This document shows positions 16,717 through 25,983 of a stretch of 64,000 bases of DNA, in pieces. The notes below the pieces were generated by a model. It saw nothing but the letters and a program-made list of their open reading frames with translations. It made no database searches and was not told the DNA's origin. Where the stretch lies: the NCBI GenBank assembly GCA_001797365.1, contig MGPH01000028.1, forward strand, positions 5,687 to 69,686. Direction: 5' to 3'. Position 1 is the first letter of the stretch, and the number at the start of each line of letters is the position of its first letter. A program made the translations under genes and the position numbers. Source of the stretch: Deltaproteobacteria bacterium GWA2_45_12 (GTDB taxonomy: Bacteria > UBA10199).

Positions 16717-18807
16717 ATGTCTGACCCCCTCACAACCCATGTTCAATATGTCAAAGGGGTGGGGCCCTATATCGCTTCGCTTTTGGATAAAAAGGGCATC
16801 CATACCGTTGCCGATCTTTTTTATCATTTTCCAGCCTATTACCTTGATCGTCGTAAACTAGACACCATCCGTAGTTTGCAGCCCGGCAAGGAATCTTGTG
16901 TTATTGCCGAAGTTGTGGGCAGTGCCACACGCATGTTGGGGCGAAGTCGTAAACGTATTTTTGAAATTGTCGTGCAAGACGGCACAGGAATCGCCCTTCT
17001 TGTTTTTTTTAATTTCAGCGAAAAATTCTTAAAGAAAAAATATCCCCAAGGGAAACATATTTTTATTTCCGGCGAATGCCAGATGTTTGGGGCCCAAAAA
17101 CAATTCGTGCATCCGGATATCGAAGATTGGGAAGAAGGAGAAGAGACAGGAGGCGGAATATTGCCGGTGTATCCATTAACAGAGGGGCTTTATCAAAAAT
17201 CCCTGCGCAAAATCATTGCCGGGGCTCTTGAGCATTATTTGGAAGGTTTTGAAGAATCCCCTTATTCTGTGCGGGCTGAGGGTGATTCCAAAGTGAGTTT
17301 AAAAGAGGCTCTTCTTAAGGTGCACAGCCCTCCATCCGATGCCAATATTTGCGATCTCAATGAGATGAAGTCGGTTTGGCATCAACGAGTCATTTATGAC
17401 GAATTGTTTTATCTGCAATTGGGTTTGGGCATCAAAAAAGTCAATTTCAAAAAAGAGGAAGGATATCAATTTCAGAAATCCGAAAAATTATTATCCGGCG
17501 CCTTAAGCCTTCTCCCCTTTGAATTAACGGGGGCCCAAAAACGTGTGTTGTCGGAAATAGAAATTGATTTGCTCAAAAATGAGCCCATGAATCGTATGCT
17601 TCAAGGGGATGTGGGGTGCGGTAAAACGATGATTGCTTTTCTTTCTTCCCTGATAGCCATTGAAAACCAAACGCAGGCCGTCCTGATGGCTCCCACCGAG
17701 GTTTTGGCCCAGCAACATTTTATCAATTTAAAACCACTGGCTGAAAAATTGGGGATCCGTATTGCGCTTCTTACACGCACAACCGAAGGAAAAAATGATG
17801 TCTTAGATGAGTTGGCTCAAGGGAAAATAGATCTTGCCATCGGGACTCATGCCCTTATCCAGGATAATGTCTTGTTTAAAAAATTGGGGCTCATCATCAT
17901 TGATGAACAGCACCGCTTTGGAGTGATGCAAAGGGCACGGCTTAAGAAAAAATCATCGGTGTGTCCGCATATTTTGGTGATGACGGCAACGCCCATCCCG
18001 CGCACTTTGGCAATGAGTGTGTATGGCGACTTGGATGTTTCCATTATTGATGAACTTCCCAAGGGGCGCATCCCCATCAAAACATATGTGTTCAACGAAA
18101 AAATGAGGGCAAGGGCCTATGATCTCATCCGGCGTGAGCTGGAAAAGGGAAGGCAGGCTTATTTTGTTTATCCCTTGATTGAAGAAAGTGAAAAGAGTGA
18201 TTTAAAAGATGCCCAATCGATGGCTTTGGAATTAAGCCAGGTGTTTTCATCTTATAAAGTGGGATTGATGCACGGACGCATGAAGAATGATGAAAAGGAT
18301 GGGATCATGCGTTCTTTCAAAAAAAATGAAATCCAGATTCTAGTTTCAACCACGGTCATTGAAGTGGGTGTGGATGTGCCCAACTCAACGGTTATGGTGG
18401 TGGAGCATGCAGAACGTTTTGGGCTTTCGCAATTGCATCAATTAAGGGGAAGGGTGGGAAGAGGGGCGCATGAATCTTATTGCTTGCTCATGGCCCATTA
18501 TGCGCAGTCCGATGAAACCCGGTTTCGATTACGTGTGATGGAAGAAACAACCGATGGTTTTAAAATTGCTGAAGAAGACCTTCAATTGCGCGGCCCGGGA
18601 GATTTTTTGGGGACACGCCAATCGGGGCTGCCCGCTTTTCGCTTGGCCCATTTGGTGCGCGATTCAAAACTTCTGGCTGCGGCGCGTAAGCGCGCCATGG
18701 AAATTATTGAGGATGATCCGGACTTAAATCATCTCCATCACCATCTGATCAAAAAAATTCTAGTTGAAAGATGGGCTGAAAAATTGGAATTGGCAGAGGT
18801 GTCTTAG
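16717..18807 (+). CDS. recG: ATP-dependent DNA helicase RecG
   Basis: Walker A GDVGCGKT, DEQH box, 696 aa. Confidence 0.95.
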   Translation: MSDPLTTHVQYVKGVGPYIASLLDKKGIHTVADLFYHFPAYYLDRRKLDTIRSLQPGKESCVIAEVVGSATRMLGRSRKRIFEIVVQDGTGIALLVFFNFSEKFLKKKYPQGKHIFISGECQMFGAQKQFVHPDIEDWEEGEETGGGILPVYPLTEGLYQKSLRKIIAGALEHYLEGFEESPYSVRAEGDSKVSLKEALLKVHSPPSDANICDLNEMKSVWHQRVIYDELFYLQLGLGIKKVNFKKEEGYQFQKSEKLLSGALSLLPFELTGAQKRVLSEIEIDLLKNEPMNRMLQGDVGCGKTMIAFLSSLIAIENQTQAVLMAPTEVLAQQHFINLKPLAEKLGIRIALLTRTTEGKNDVLDELAQGKIDLAIGTHALIQDNVLFKKLGLIIIDEQHRFGVMQRARLKKKSSVCPHILVMTATPIPRTLAMSVYGDLDVSIIDELPKGRIPIKTYVFNEKMRARAYDLIRRELEKGRQAYFVYPLIEESEKSDLKDAQSMALELSQVFSSYKVGLMHGRMKNDEKDGIMRSFKKNEIQILVSTTVIEVGVDVPNSTVMVVEHAERFGLSQLHQLRGRVGRGAHESYCLLMAHYAQSDETRFRLRVMEETTDGFKIAEEDLQLRGPGDFLGTRQSGLPAFRLAHLVRDSKLLAAARKRAMEIIEDDPDLNHLHHHLIKKILVERWAEKLELAEVS

Positions 18808-18814
18808 ATATTTT

Positions 18815-18862
18815 GGTCCCTGAGCGAAGTCGAAGGGACGGTGTGCTTCGACTCCGCTCAGC
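18815..18862. repeat. Family-2 repeat immediately 5' of lipA
   Basis: Sequence ggtccctgagcgaagtcgaagggacggtgtgcttcgactccgctcagc. Confidence 0.8.
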
Positions 18863-18875
18863 AACCGAAAGCATT

Positions 18876-19739
18876 ATGCAACCCTTACTCAAACCCCCAT
18901 GGCTTAAAAAACGCCTGGACGTTGCCGCCCTGACAGGCATGCAGGCCAGGTTGCGTGGCCTCACCCTGCATTCAGTATGCGAAGAAGCGCGTTGCCCCAA
19001 TATTTCCGAATGCTTTTCCAAGGGTGTGGCCACCGTCATGATCATGGGCGATACCTGCACGCGCGCTTGCAAGTTTTGTGCAGTGGCCACGGGCCGTCCC
19101 AAACCCCTTGATCCAAATGAACCGGAAAATGTCGCCAAATGGGCGGGGGATGCGGGTTTGAAACACATTGTGATTACGTCGGTGGATCGGGACGATCTGC
19201 CCGACTTGGGGGCCACCCATTTTGGAAAAACCGTTCAAACGATGAAAGAAATCCATCCTTTGATGATTGTGGAAGTGCTTACCCCCGATTTTCAGGGGAA
19301 AGGGGAGCTCATCGACAAAGTTTGCCAGGCAGAACCAAAAATTTACAATCACAACCTGGAAACTGTTCGCCGGCTTACGCCCGGGGTTCGTTCTGCGGCC
19401 AGGTATGATCGTTCCCTTCAGGTGATAAAATGGGTCAAAAAAAATTATCCAAATCAATTGACCAAGTCGGGTCTCATGCTGGGCTTGGGCGAAACCGAGG
19501 AAGAAATTCTGGAATCGATGCAGGATCTTTTAAACCATGGCTGCGACATGCTCACCCTGGGTCAATACCTTCAACCCACCTTGAAACATCTTCCCGTTAA
19601 AGAATACATTCCCCTTGAAAAGTTCGAAGGATACCACAAACGCGGTCTTCAAATGGGCTTCAAAGCCGTTTTTGCCGGCCCCTTTGTACGCTCTTCCTAT
19701 CTGGCCGATGAGCTTTATGAACAAACGTTTTCGGTTTGA
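18876..19739 (+). CDS. lipA: lipoyl synthase LipA
   Basis: CEEARCPNISEC and CTRACKFC clusters. Start at ATG 18876; the ORF tool extension MVPERSRRDGV.. is translated repeat. Confidence 0.95.
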   Translation: MQPLLKPPWLKKRLDVAALTGMQARLRGLTLHSVCEEARCPNISECFSKGVATVMIMGDTCTRACKFCAVATGRPKPLDPNEPENVAKWAGDAGLKHIVITSVDRDDLPDLGATHFGKTVQTMKEIHPLMIVEVLTPDFQGKGELIDKVCQAEPKIYNHNLETVRRLTPGVRSAARYDRSLQVIKWVKKNYPNQLTKSGLMLGLGETEEEILESMQDLLNHGCDMLTLGQYLQPTLKHLPVKEYIPLEKFEGYHKRGLQMGFKAVFAGPFVRSSYLADELYEQTFSV

Positions 19740-19836
19740 TGTTTTTCATCACTTTTGACCTTTGGACAGAATTGGCTTGAGCTTTATTTCCAATGGTTTC
19801 CCGTTATTTTAATTACAATAAAAAAATAAAATCGTC

Positions 19837-19942
19837 ATTCCTGCCACGTGACCCCGCAACGCGGGGTTCTGTTGGCAGGAATCCAATACTGGGCCCCCGC
19901 TCTCAGAAATCCTCGGAGTACCGAGGATTAGCGTGGCGGGGG
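19837..19942 (+). ncRNA. candidate structured element: two nested stem-loops
   Basis: Structure attcctgcca[gaccccgc aa cgcggggt]tggcaggaat, then cccccgc[aatcctcgg agta ccgaggatt]gcggggg. Confidence 0.3.
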
Positions 19943-20038
19943 TGACGTTTATAGAGGTGTCCAAAGATTAGCATCACTTTCATTGACACAAAATTCCAAA
20001 AATGATGAAGTGCGCCATTTACTTTCAGGAGCTTTTTT

Positions 20039-21409
20039 ATGCGTTTTTCCCTGCGTTCTTTTTTGATTTTGTTTTTTCTGCTGGGGCTTACTCATTGCGG
20101 GTTTCATAAACCGCACGTCAGGGTTCTTCCCAAGACGGATACCCTGGATAGAAAAATCCTTTTTATCGGTTTGGATGGCATGGGCTATGCCATGATGAAG
20201 GAACTTAAAGACGAGGGCTATTATCGCGGTTTTTCTGAACCGATTCCGCTGATTGTTCCTTTTCCGTCAGCCACGACCATCGGCTTTACAGGCATTTTTC
20301 AAGCGCTTGATGTAGGCACTGTTCCCGGTTACGAGACCCGTTTTTATTCCTTCAAAGATGACAAGATTATCGGGGGGACGCCTTTTGATGTTTATAAAAT
20401 TCCCATTAATTACAAATATTATTTTGATTCCTTCAGGCATACCATGACGGAAAAGGCCATTATGTACGGATTTCCCGGGGTCGCCGGCATGCAAGACCTC
20501 GAACGTGCAAGAAGATTGGTCATGAATAGCCCTAAAAAAGTGGTCTTTTCGTATTTGGGCGGTACCGACGGAGCCCAGCACTTGTTGGGACGCAACCGCA
20601 CCAAGCGTTTCATGAAATTCATGGATTCCTATTTGGAACGAATAAAGAAAGAATATGAAAACAAATTTCATGCGCCATTGGAAATCGTCCTGTTTTCAGA
20701 TCATGGATTCCATTACGACAAGATGCATTTGATGACGGCTGCGGACATTGAAAAAGTCATCAAAGGCCGGGGTTTCAAGCTTGCCAGCCATTTGCGCAAC
20801 AATCCAAAGAATGTGGTTACGGTTCGGTTTGGGCTTTTGAGCGCCGGAGCCCTGTTTACCCACCCATCTTCTGTCACCGAAGTGGCAAGACTTGTCAATG
20901 GAGTGGAGGGCATTGATCTTGTTTTCTGGCCCGAAAAAAACCGGATTTACGTGCTTAATGGAAAAAACGAAGAGGCTTATTTTGAATATGAATCAAAGCG
21001 CCACTACAAATATGTTTCGATAAAAGGCGATCCCTTGCATTATCTTGGTGGCAAAACCATTTTGAAGCTTTCAGATGACCAATGGTTTAAGAAGACATGG
21101 AACGAACAATACCCCGATGCCGGTTACCGTTTGTATGATGCTTTTCATCATTTGGTTGAAAACAAGGCCGGGATTCTTTTTAGCTTGAAACCAAAGTATC
21201 AATTTGGCAGCATGGCTGCCTTAACCGGTACACAGCTTAAATTTGGACACAAGGGAACTCACGGGGCTCTCTTTCAGGATGTAAGCCAGGGTGTGGTGAT
21301 GACCGATAACCCAAAGATCAAACTTCCCCAAGCCCTGCGTTATGATGATTTTTTTAATGTGTTTATCCCTAAAGTGGTGGATGCGGTGAAAAAATGCGGA
21401 GTCCATTAA
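20039..21409 (+). CDS. lipoprotein, alkaline-phosphatase-like (type I phosphodiesterase/nucleotide pyrophosphatase family)
   Basis: Lipobox LTHC; the ILFIGLDGMGY metal-site motif. Confidence 0.65.
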   Translation: MRFSLRSFLILFFLLGLTHCGFHKPHVRVLPKTDTLDRKILFIGLDGMGYAMMKELKDEGYYRGFSEPIPLIVPFPSATTIGFTGIFQALDVGTVPGYETRFYSFKDDKIIGGTPFDVYKIPINYKYYFDSFRHTMTEKAIMYGFPGVAGMQDLERARRLVMNSPKKVVFSYLGGTDGAQHLLGRNRTKRFMKFMDSYLERIKKEYENKFHAPLEIVLFSDHGFHYDKMHLMTAADIEKVIKGRGFKLASHLRNNPKNVVTVRFGLLSAGALFTHPSSVTEVARLVNGVEGIDLVFWPEKNRIYVLNGKNEEAYFEYESKRHYKYVSIKGDPLHYLGGKTILKLSDDQWFKKTWNEQYPDAGYRLYDAFHHLVENKAGILFSLKPKYQFGSMAALTGTQLKFGHKGTHGALFQDVSQGVVMTDNPKIKLPQALRYDDFFNVFIPKVVDAVKKCGVH

Positions 21410-22104
21410 TGAGCAAAAAAAAATGCGTTGTTTTTGATCTGGATGGTACTTTGGTTGATTCCATGAGTGGGCTGGCCGATATAGCCCAAAAGGTCATCCA
21501 GGAAATTTACGACGTTTCTCCTTTGTGGGCTCGCACCCAATACCAACAAACTTCCGGGCTTCCTTTTCCTTTTCAGTTGGACAAAATTTTTCCACAAGAC
21601 TCTCGTAATAGTGGGGCGGTTACGCTTTTTGATGATCTAAAAGAAAAATATTACGTTCATGCCCCTCTTTTTGAGGATGTAAAAGCGGGTCTTCATCTTT
21701 TAAAGAGTGAAGGCTATCATCTGGCGGTTTCCTCCAACAACGATCAGGCTTTGGTGAGCCAAAAAATAGAGCAATTTGATTTACATTTTGACATGGTCAT
21801 GGGGTTTAGACCCAATTTTTTAAAAGGGGCCGATCATTTCCGTTGGCTTTTTCATTGCCTTGGTCTTTTGCCTTCAGACACCTTCATGGTGGGAGATTCC
21901 CTTCATGACGGAAGGTTGGCCCGTCAGTCCGGTGTTTCTTTTGTGGCCCGTTTGGGTACTTTTTCAAAAACGGATTTTGAAAAAGAATTTCCATCACTTT
22001 GTTCCGTTTCTTCCTTTGAAGAACTTCCACTTCTCTTGGCCAAGCAAGATTCTTCAGAAGATTTTGTTTTAAAACGTTCGGCACGACCGTTGATCTCATT
22101 ATAA
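21409..22104 (+). CDS. HAD-superfamily hydrolase (phosphatase)
   Basis: VVFDLDGTLVDS motif I. Coupled to the upstream gene through a TAATG overlap. Confidence 0.8.
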   Translation: MSKKKCVVFDLDGTLVDSMSGLADIAQKVIQEIYDVSPLWARTQYQQTSGLPFPFQLDKIFPQDSRNSGAVTLFDDLKEKYYVHAPLFEDVKAGLHLLKSEGYHLAVSSNNDQALVSQKIEQFDLHFDMVMGFRPNFLKGADHFRWLFHCLGLLPSDTFMVGDSLHDGRLARQSGVSFVARLGTFSKTDFEKEFPSLCSVSSFEELPLLLAKQDSSEDFVLKRSARPLISL

Positions 22105-22823
22105 TGAATATCCTTATTTTAGCTGCAGGGATGGGCGTTCGCCTGGGAAATATTGATCAACCCAAATCCCTTGTTTCCCTCAAGGGCAAATCCCTTTTGG
22201 TTCATCTTTTAGATGGGTTGAGATCTTTTTTTGATGGCACCATTTATGTCGTGGGCGGTTATTGCATTGACCAGCTGGCTCTTGTGACCCAAAAAGATTC
22301 TTCCATCAAACTTCTTAGTAACACCCATTATTCCCGCGGAAGCATCCTTTCTCTTTTGGCAGCCAAGGAATTTTTAAATGATTCGTTTTTTCTCATGAAT
22401 GCGGATCATCTTTATTCACCACGCATTTTAGGGAAAATTTTTTCATTACAAAAAAATCCGGAAAACATCCGCATCCTATGTGACCACGATCGCGCCTTGA
22501 CCCAGGATGACATGAAGGTGAAATTAAATGCCAAGGGAAATGTCCAGGCAATTTCAAAAACACTTTCCGATTTTGATCTTGGGTACATTGGCTGTAGTTT
22601 CATTCCCAAAGATCGTCTTTCTTTATACTGGGAAACGGCCATGGAGGTTTTAAAAACGAAGGGGGACAAAGTGGCTGTTGAAAGTGTTATCCAGGCTCTT
22701 TCAGACAGGGGAGAAGACGTTTGCCCCTTGGATGTGAGTGGTTCTTATTGGATTGAAGTGGATACTCCGGAAGATAGGGCCAAAGCAGAACAAACGCTTT
22801 CCATGGTTCTAAACGATTTTTAG
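22104..22823 (+). CDS. LicC-like sugar/alcohol-phosphate nucleotidyltransferase
   Basis: ILILAAGMGVRLG N-terminal nucleotide-binding motif, 239 aa. Confidence 0.7.
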   Translation: MNILILAAGMGVRLGNIDQPKSLVSLKGKSLLVHLLDGLRSFFDGTIYVVGGYCIDQLALVTQKDSSIKLLSNTHYSRGSILSLLAAKEFLNDSFFLMNADHLYSPRILGKIFSLQKNPENIRILCDHDRALTQDDMKVKLNAKGNVQAISKTLSDFDLGYIGCSFIPKDRLSLYWETAMEVLKTKGDKVAVESVIQALSDRGEDVCPLDVSGSYWIEVDTPEDRAKAEQTLSMVLNDF

Positions 22824-23044
22824 CTTGATCTTTGTTTTCGGATATTTAATATCCCCCTCGTTTTTCTCCCTTGGCTCTCTTTGACGCAAGAATGTTGACT
22901 TGAATGTTTAATTTTAACTCCAAACAAAAGGGTTGGAGAGTTGACAATCAGCCGCACGGCGGCGGTGAGGGGGAGGCTCCAGCGGCTTTGCCGATGGAGG
23001 GGGCGACGCGAGCCCCTATAATCGAATTTTAAAAAGGAAGATTT

Positions 23045-23383
23045 ATGAGCTATGACGATTTAACCGGTGAAGAATTCATTGATGTCATTAAAGATGCCAT
23101 GAAGGAAGATGGGCGTGTGCGTGTTGATTTTGTCGAATTTGAAATGAACAAGGGACGCCCTGTTTTGGCAGGAAGAGTGGCCAGCGATGAAGATTTACTT
23201 ATTGTCGATGAAATCATGACGGATACTCTTGAAATTGACGACTATGACAACAATATCTGGGTTGATGATAGCCTTTCCTTTGAAGCCAGAGATGATGACG
23301 AAGAGGAAACAGAAGACCTCAATTTTGATGAAGCAAGCGATATGGATGAAGAAAGTTTTGATGAAGACGAGGAAGAAAAGTAA
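23045..23383 (+). CDS. hyperacidic small protein
   Basis: 112 aa with a C-terminal D/E run (DDDEEETEDLNFDEASDMDEESFDEDEEEK). Confidence 0.5.
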   Translation: MSYDDLTGEEFIDVIKDAMKEDGRVRVDFVEFEMNKGRPVLAGRVASDEDLLIVDEIMTDTLEIDDYDNNIWVDDSLSFEARDDDEEETEDLNFDEASDMDEESFDEDEEEK

Positions 23384-23456
23384 GCCTTTGGCGCGCCATG
23401 TCCCATCCCCTTGAATTTAAACAATAGTTCAGGATTAAATCCTTGACAAAATGGCT

Positions 23457-23474
23457 TGATTCATGAATGAATCA
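23457..23474. promoter_or_regulatory. putative TetR operator TGATTCA-n4-TGAATCA, overlapping the ttgaca -35 at 23444
   Basis: Perfect 7 bp inverted repeat 27 nt upstream of the TetR start. Confidence 0.5.
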
Positions 23475-23500
23475 CCATTCATTTTTGTGATATTTTCTGT

Positions 23501-24112
23501 ATGGTAAACTCTCCAGCCAAAAAGAGTTCGGTTGATAAACGGCAAAAAATCATGGACGCGGCAGTCCATGTTTTTGCCAAACAAGGCTTTTACAACAGTA
23601 CGGTCGCCGATGTTGCGCGTATGGCGGACGTGGCCGATGGGACCATTTACCTTTATTTCAAGAACAAGGACGATCTGCTCATTTCCATTTTCGAGCATAG
23701 CATCCAGTTTTTTATAGGATCGGCTTACGAAGAGCTTAAAGGAGCCAAAAACGCTGTCGACAAACTTAAAAAGTTTGTTTATCTCCATTTAAAACTGGTT
23801 CAAAACAATCCCCATTTGGCTCATGTTATCCAGGTAGAACTTCGTCAGAGTGCCAAATTTGTAAAGGAATACGCCAACGAGAAATTTTTTGAGTATTTAA
23901 ATATTGTTCGATCCGTCATTGAAGAGGGTCAGCAACAAGGCTTGTTCAAGAAAAGTTTAAATCCCACCTTGGTTAAAAGAGCCATTTTTGGAGCCATTGA
24001 TGAAATGGCCTTGGAATGGGTTTTGATGAACAAGAAGCGATATTCCATTGAAGAAGCCGCCAAGGAATTATGCCTTCTCTTTATTGAAGGAATGATGGAA
24101 AGAAAGGAATAA
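23501..24112 (+). CDS. TetR-family transcriptional regulator (FadR-like, upstream of etfBA)
   Basis: HTH segment VHVFAKQGFYNSTVADVARMADVADGTIYLYF. Confidence 0.85.
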   Translation: MVNSPAKKSSVDKRQKIMDAAVHVFAKQGFYNSTVADVARMADVADGTIYLYFKNKDDLLISIFEHSIQFFIGSAYEELKGAKNAVDKLKKFVYLHLKLVQNNPHLAHVIQVELRQSAKFVKEYANEKFFEYLNIVRSVIEEGQQQGLFKKSLNPTLVKRAIFGAIDEMALEWVLMNKKRYSIEEAAKELCLLFIEGMMERKE

Positions 24113-24118
24113 AAAAAT

Positions 24119-24892
24119 ATGAAAATAGCCGCTCTTTTGAAACAAGTTCCCGACACCGAAACAAAAATTCGTATCAAGGCCGATGCCAGTGGTATCGAAG
24201 AATCGGATATCAAATACATTGTAAATCCTTATTGTGAATTTGCTGTGGAAGAGGCCATTAAAACCAGGGAAAAAAATCCTGGCAGTGAGGCCGTCGCCAT
24301 CTCTTTGGGGCCCGACCGTGCTGTTGAAGCCATTAGAACAGCCCTGGCCATGGGCATGGATAAAGGGATTCATATTCAACATACGGGAGGATGGTTGGAT
24401 AGTTTTAGTGTGGCCACAGTTTTGGCTAAAGTGATTGGGCAAAATAATTTTGATGTCATTTTTTGCGGCAAACAGGCCATCGATGAAGATGCCGGCCAGA
24501 CGGCCCAAATGATTGCCGAAATTTTAAACATTCCCCAAGTCATGGTCATCGAAAAATTTGAGCTAAAGGATGCCAAAACAGCTGTTGTTACTCGCCGTGT
24601 CAGTGGAGGGGCCAAGGAAATTTATGAAACCCCACTCCCCATTCTTGTGGGTTGTGAAAAGGGGCTTAATACCCCTCGTTACGCTTCTTTACCCGGCATC
24701 ATGAAGGCAAAAACCAAGCCCGTTCAAAAACTGCTTTCAACCGATTTGTTGGCGGGAAGTCAGTCGCTGGTTCAATTTGTAAACTACCAACTGCCCCCTG
24801 AACGTAAAGCCGGCAAGAAACTGGATGGAGAGCCAGCCCAACAGGCCAAAGAATTGGCCCGTTTGCTCAGGGAAGAAGCAAAAGTGATATAG
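24119..24892 (+). CDS. etfB: electron transfer flavoprotein beta subunit
   Basis: MKIAALLKQVPDTE.. typical EtfB N-terminus. Confidence 0.9.
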   Translation: MKIAALLKQVPDTETKIRIKADASGIEESDIKYIVNPYCEFAVEEAIKTREKNPGSEAVAISLGPDRAVEAIRTALAMGMDKGIHIQHTGGWLDSFSVATVLAKVIGQNNFDVIFCGKQAIDEDAGQTAQMIAEILNIPQVMVIEKFELKDAKTAVVTRRVSGGAKEIYETPLPILVGCEKGLNTPRYASLPGIMKAKTKPVQKLLSTDLLAGSQSLVQFVNYQLPPERKAGKKLDGEPAQQAKELARLLREEAKVI

Positions 24893-24902
24893 TACTGGGC
24901 AT

Positions 24903-24968
24903 GGTCCCTGAGCGAAGTGGTCCCCGAGCGGAGTCGAGGGGTCGAAGGGACACCTCGACTCCGCTCGG
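24903..24968. repeat. Family-2 repeat between etfB and etfA
   Basis: Sequence ggtccctgagcgaagtggtccccgagcggagtcgaggggtcgaagggacacctcgactccgctcgg. Confidence 0.8.
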
Positions 24969-24994
24969 TGACCACCCCTAAAGAGGAGAAAATC

Positions 24995-25975
24995 ATGACC
25001 GACATTCTTGTATTAGGCGAACATGCAGACGGTAAAGTGAAAAAAACAACCTTTGAACTTGTTTCCAAGGCCAGCCAGTTGGCAGGCGAATCTGGGGGAA
25101 AAGTTTTTTGTTTGTTTATTGGAAATAAGGTGGGTGATTTGCCGGGCCAAGTGGCTTGTTTTGGCGCCAAGGCCGCCATTGTGGTCGAAGATGAAAAACT
25201 GGCCAACTACAATACTATTGCCTTCAAAGAAATTCTGGTTCAGGTGATCAACCAGTTCAAACCAAGCATTGTTTTGGGAACGGCATCTCCCACAGGAAAA
25301 GATGTTTTTCCCCGTTTGGCAGTCAGTGTGAAGGCGGGTCTTGCCACCGATGCCATCGAACTTCGTCTGGATAACGGAAAACTTGTTGCCAAACGTCCTG
25401 TTTTTTCGGGAAAAACCCTGGTTGAAGTTTCGTATAAAACACCCGTTCAGTTGGCGACATGCCGTCCCAATTCTTTCCCAACCAATGAGGCATCCACAGG
25501 AGCTGCCCCCGAGATTATCAAGCTTTCACCCCAAATTTCTGAACTGCGTTGTGTGATGAAGGAAAAGGTGCAAGGAGTTGTTGGCAAGCAAGATTTGACC
25601 GAAGCTGAAATCATTGTCTCCGGAGGGCGTGCGATGGCCAATGCGGATAATTTCAAGATTTTAAACGCCATGGCCGATGTGATAGGGGCCACTGTAGGAG
25701 CTAGCCGTGCCGCCGTTGATTCAGGATATGCCCCCCATGACATGCAAGTGGGGCAAACCGGAAAAGTGGTCAATCCAAAACTTTACATGGCCTGTGGTAT
25801 TTCCGGGGCCATTCAGCATTTGGCGGGGATGCGTACTTCCAAGGTGATTGTCGCCATTAACAAAGACCCCGAAGCTCCCATTTTTTCAAAAGCGGACTAT
25901 GGCATTGTAGGAGATTTATTTACCGTAATCCCTCTTTTGACGGACGAACTTAAAAAAGTGGTTGCTGAAAGTTAA
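24995..25975 (+). CDS. etfA: electron transfer flavoprotein alpha subunit
   Basis: ATG 24995 follows the RBS aagaggag. FAD-binding C-terminal domain. Confidence 0.9.
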   Translation: MTDILVLGEHADGKVKKTTFELVSKASQLAGESGGKVFCLFIGNKVGDLPGQVACFGAKAAIVVEDEKLANYNTIAFKEILVQVINQFKPSIVLGTASPTGKDVFPRLAVSVKAGLATDAIELRLDNGKLVAKRPVFSGKTLVEVSYKTPVQLATCRPNSFPTNEASTGAAPEIIKLSPQISELRCVMKEKVQGVVGKQDLTEAEIIVSGGRAMANADNFKILNAMADVIGATVGASRAAVDSGYAPHDMQVGQTGKVVNPKLYMACGISGAIQHLAGMRTSKVIVAINKDPEAPIFSKADYGIVGDLFTVIPLLTDELKKVVAES

Positions 25976-25983
25976 AGCCAAAC

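Noticed and set aside
16330-16827. 165 aa ORF on the minus strand across the tRNA region.
   Set aside because: It overlaps tRNA-Pro and the tandem repeat units and is Gly/Arg-rich from the GC-rich repeats. Not a gene.
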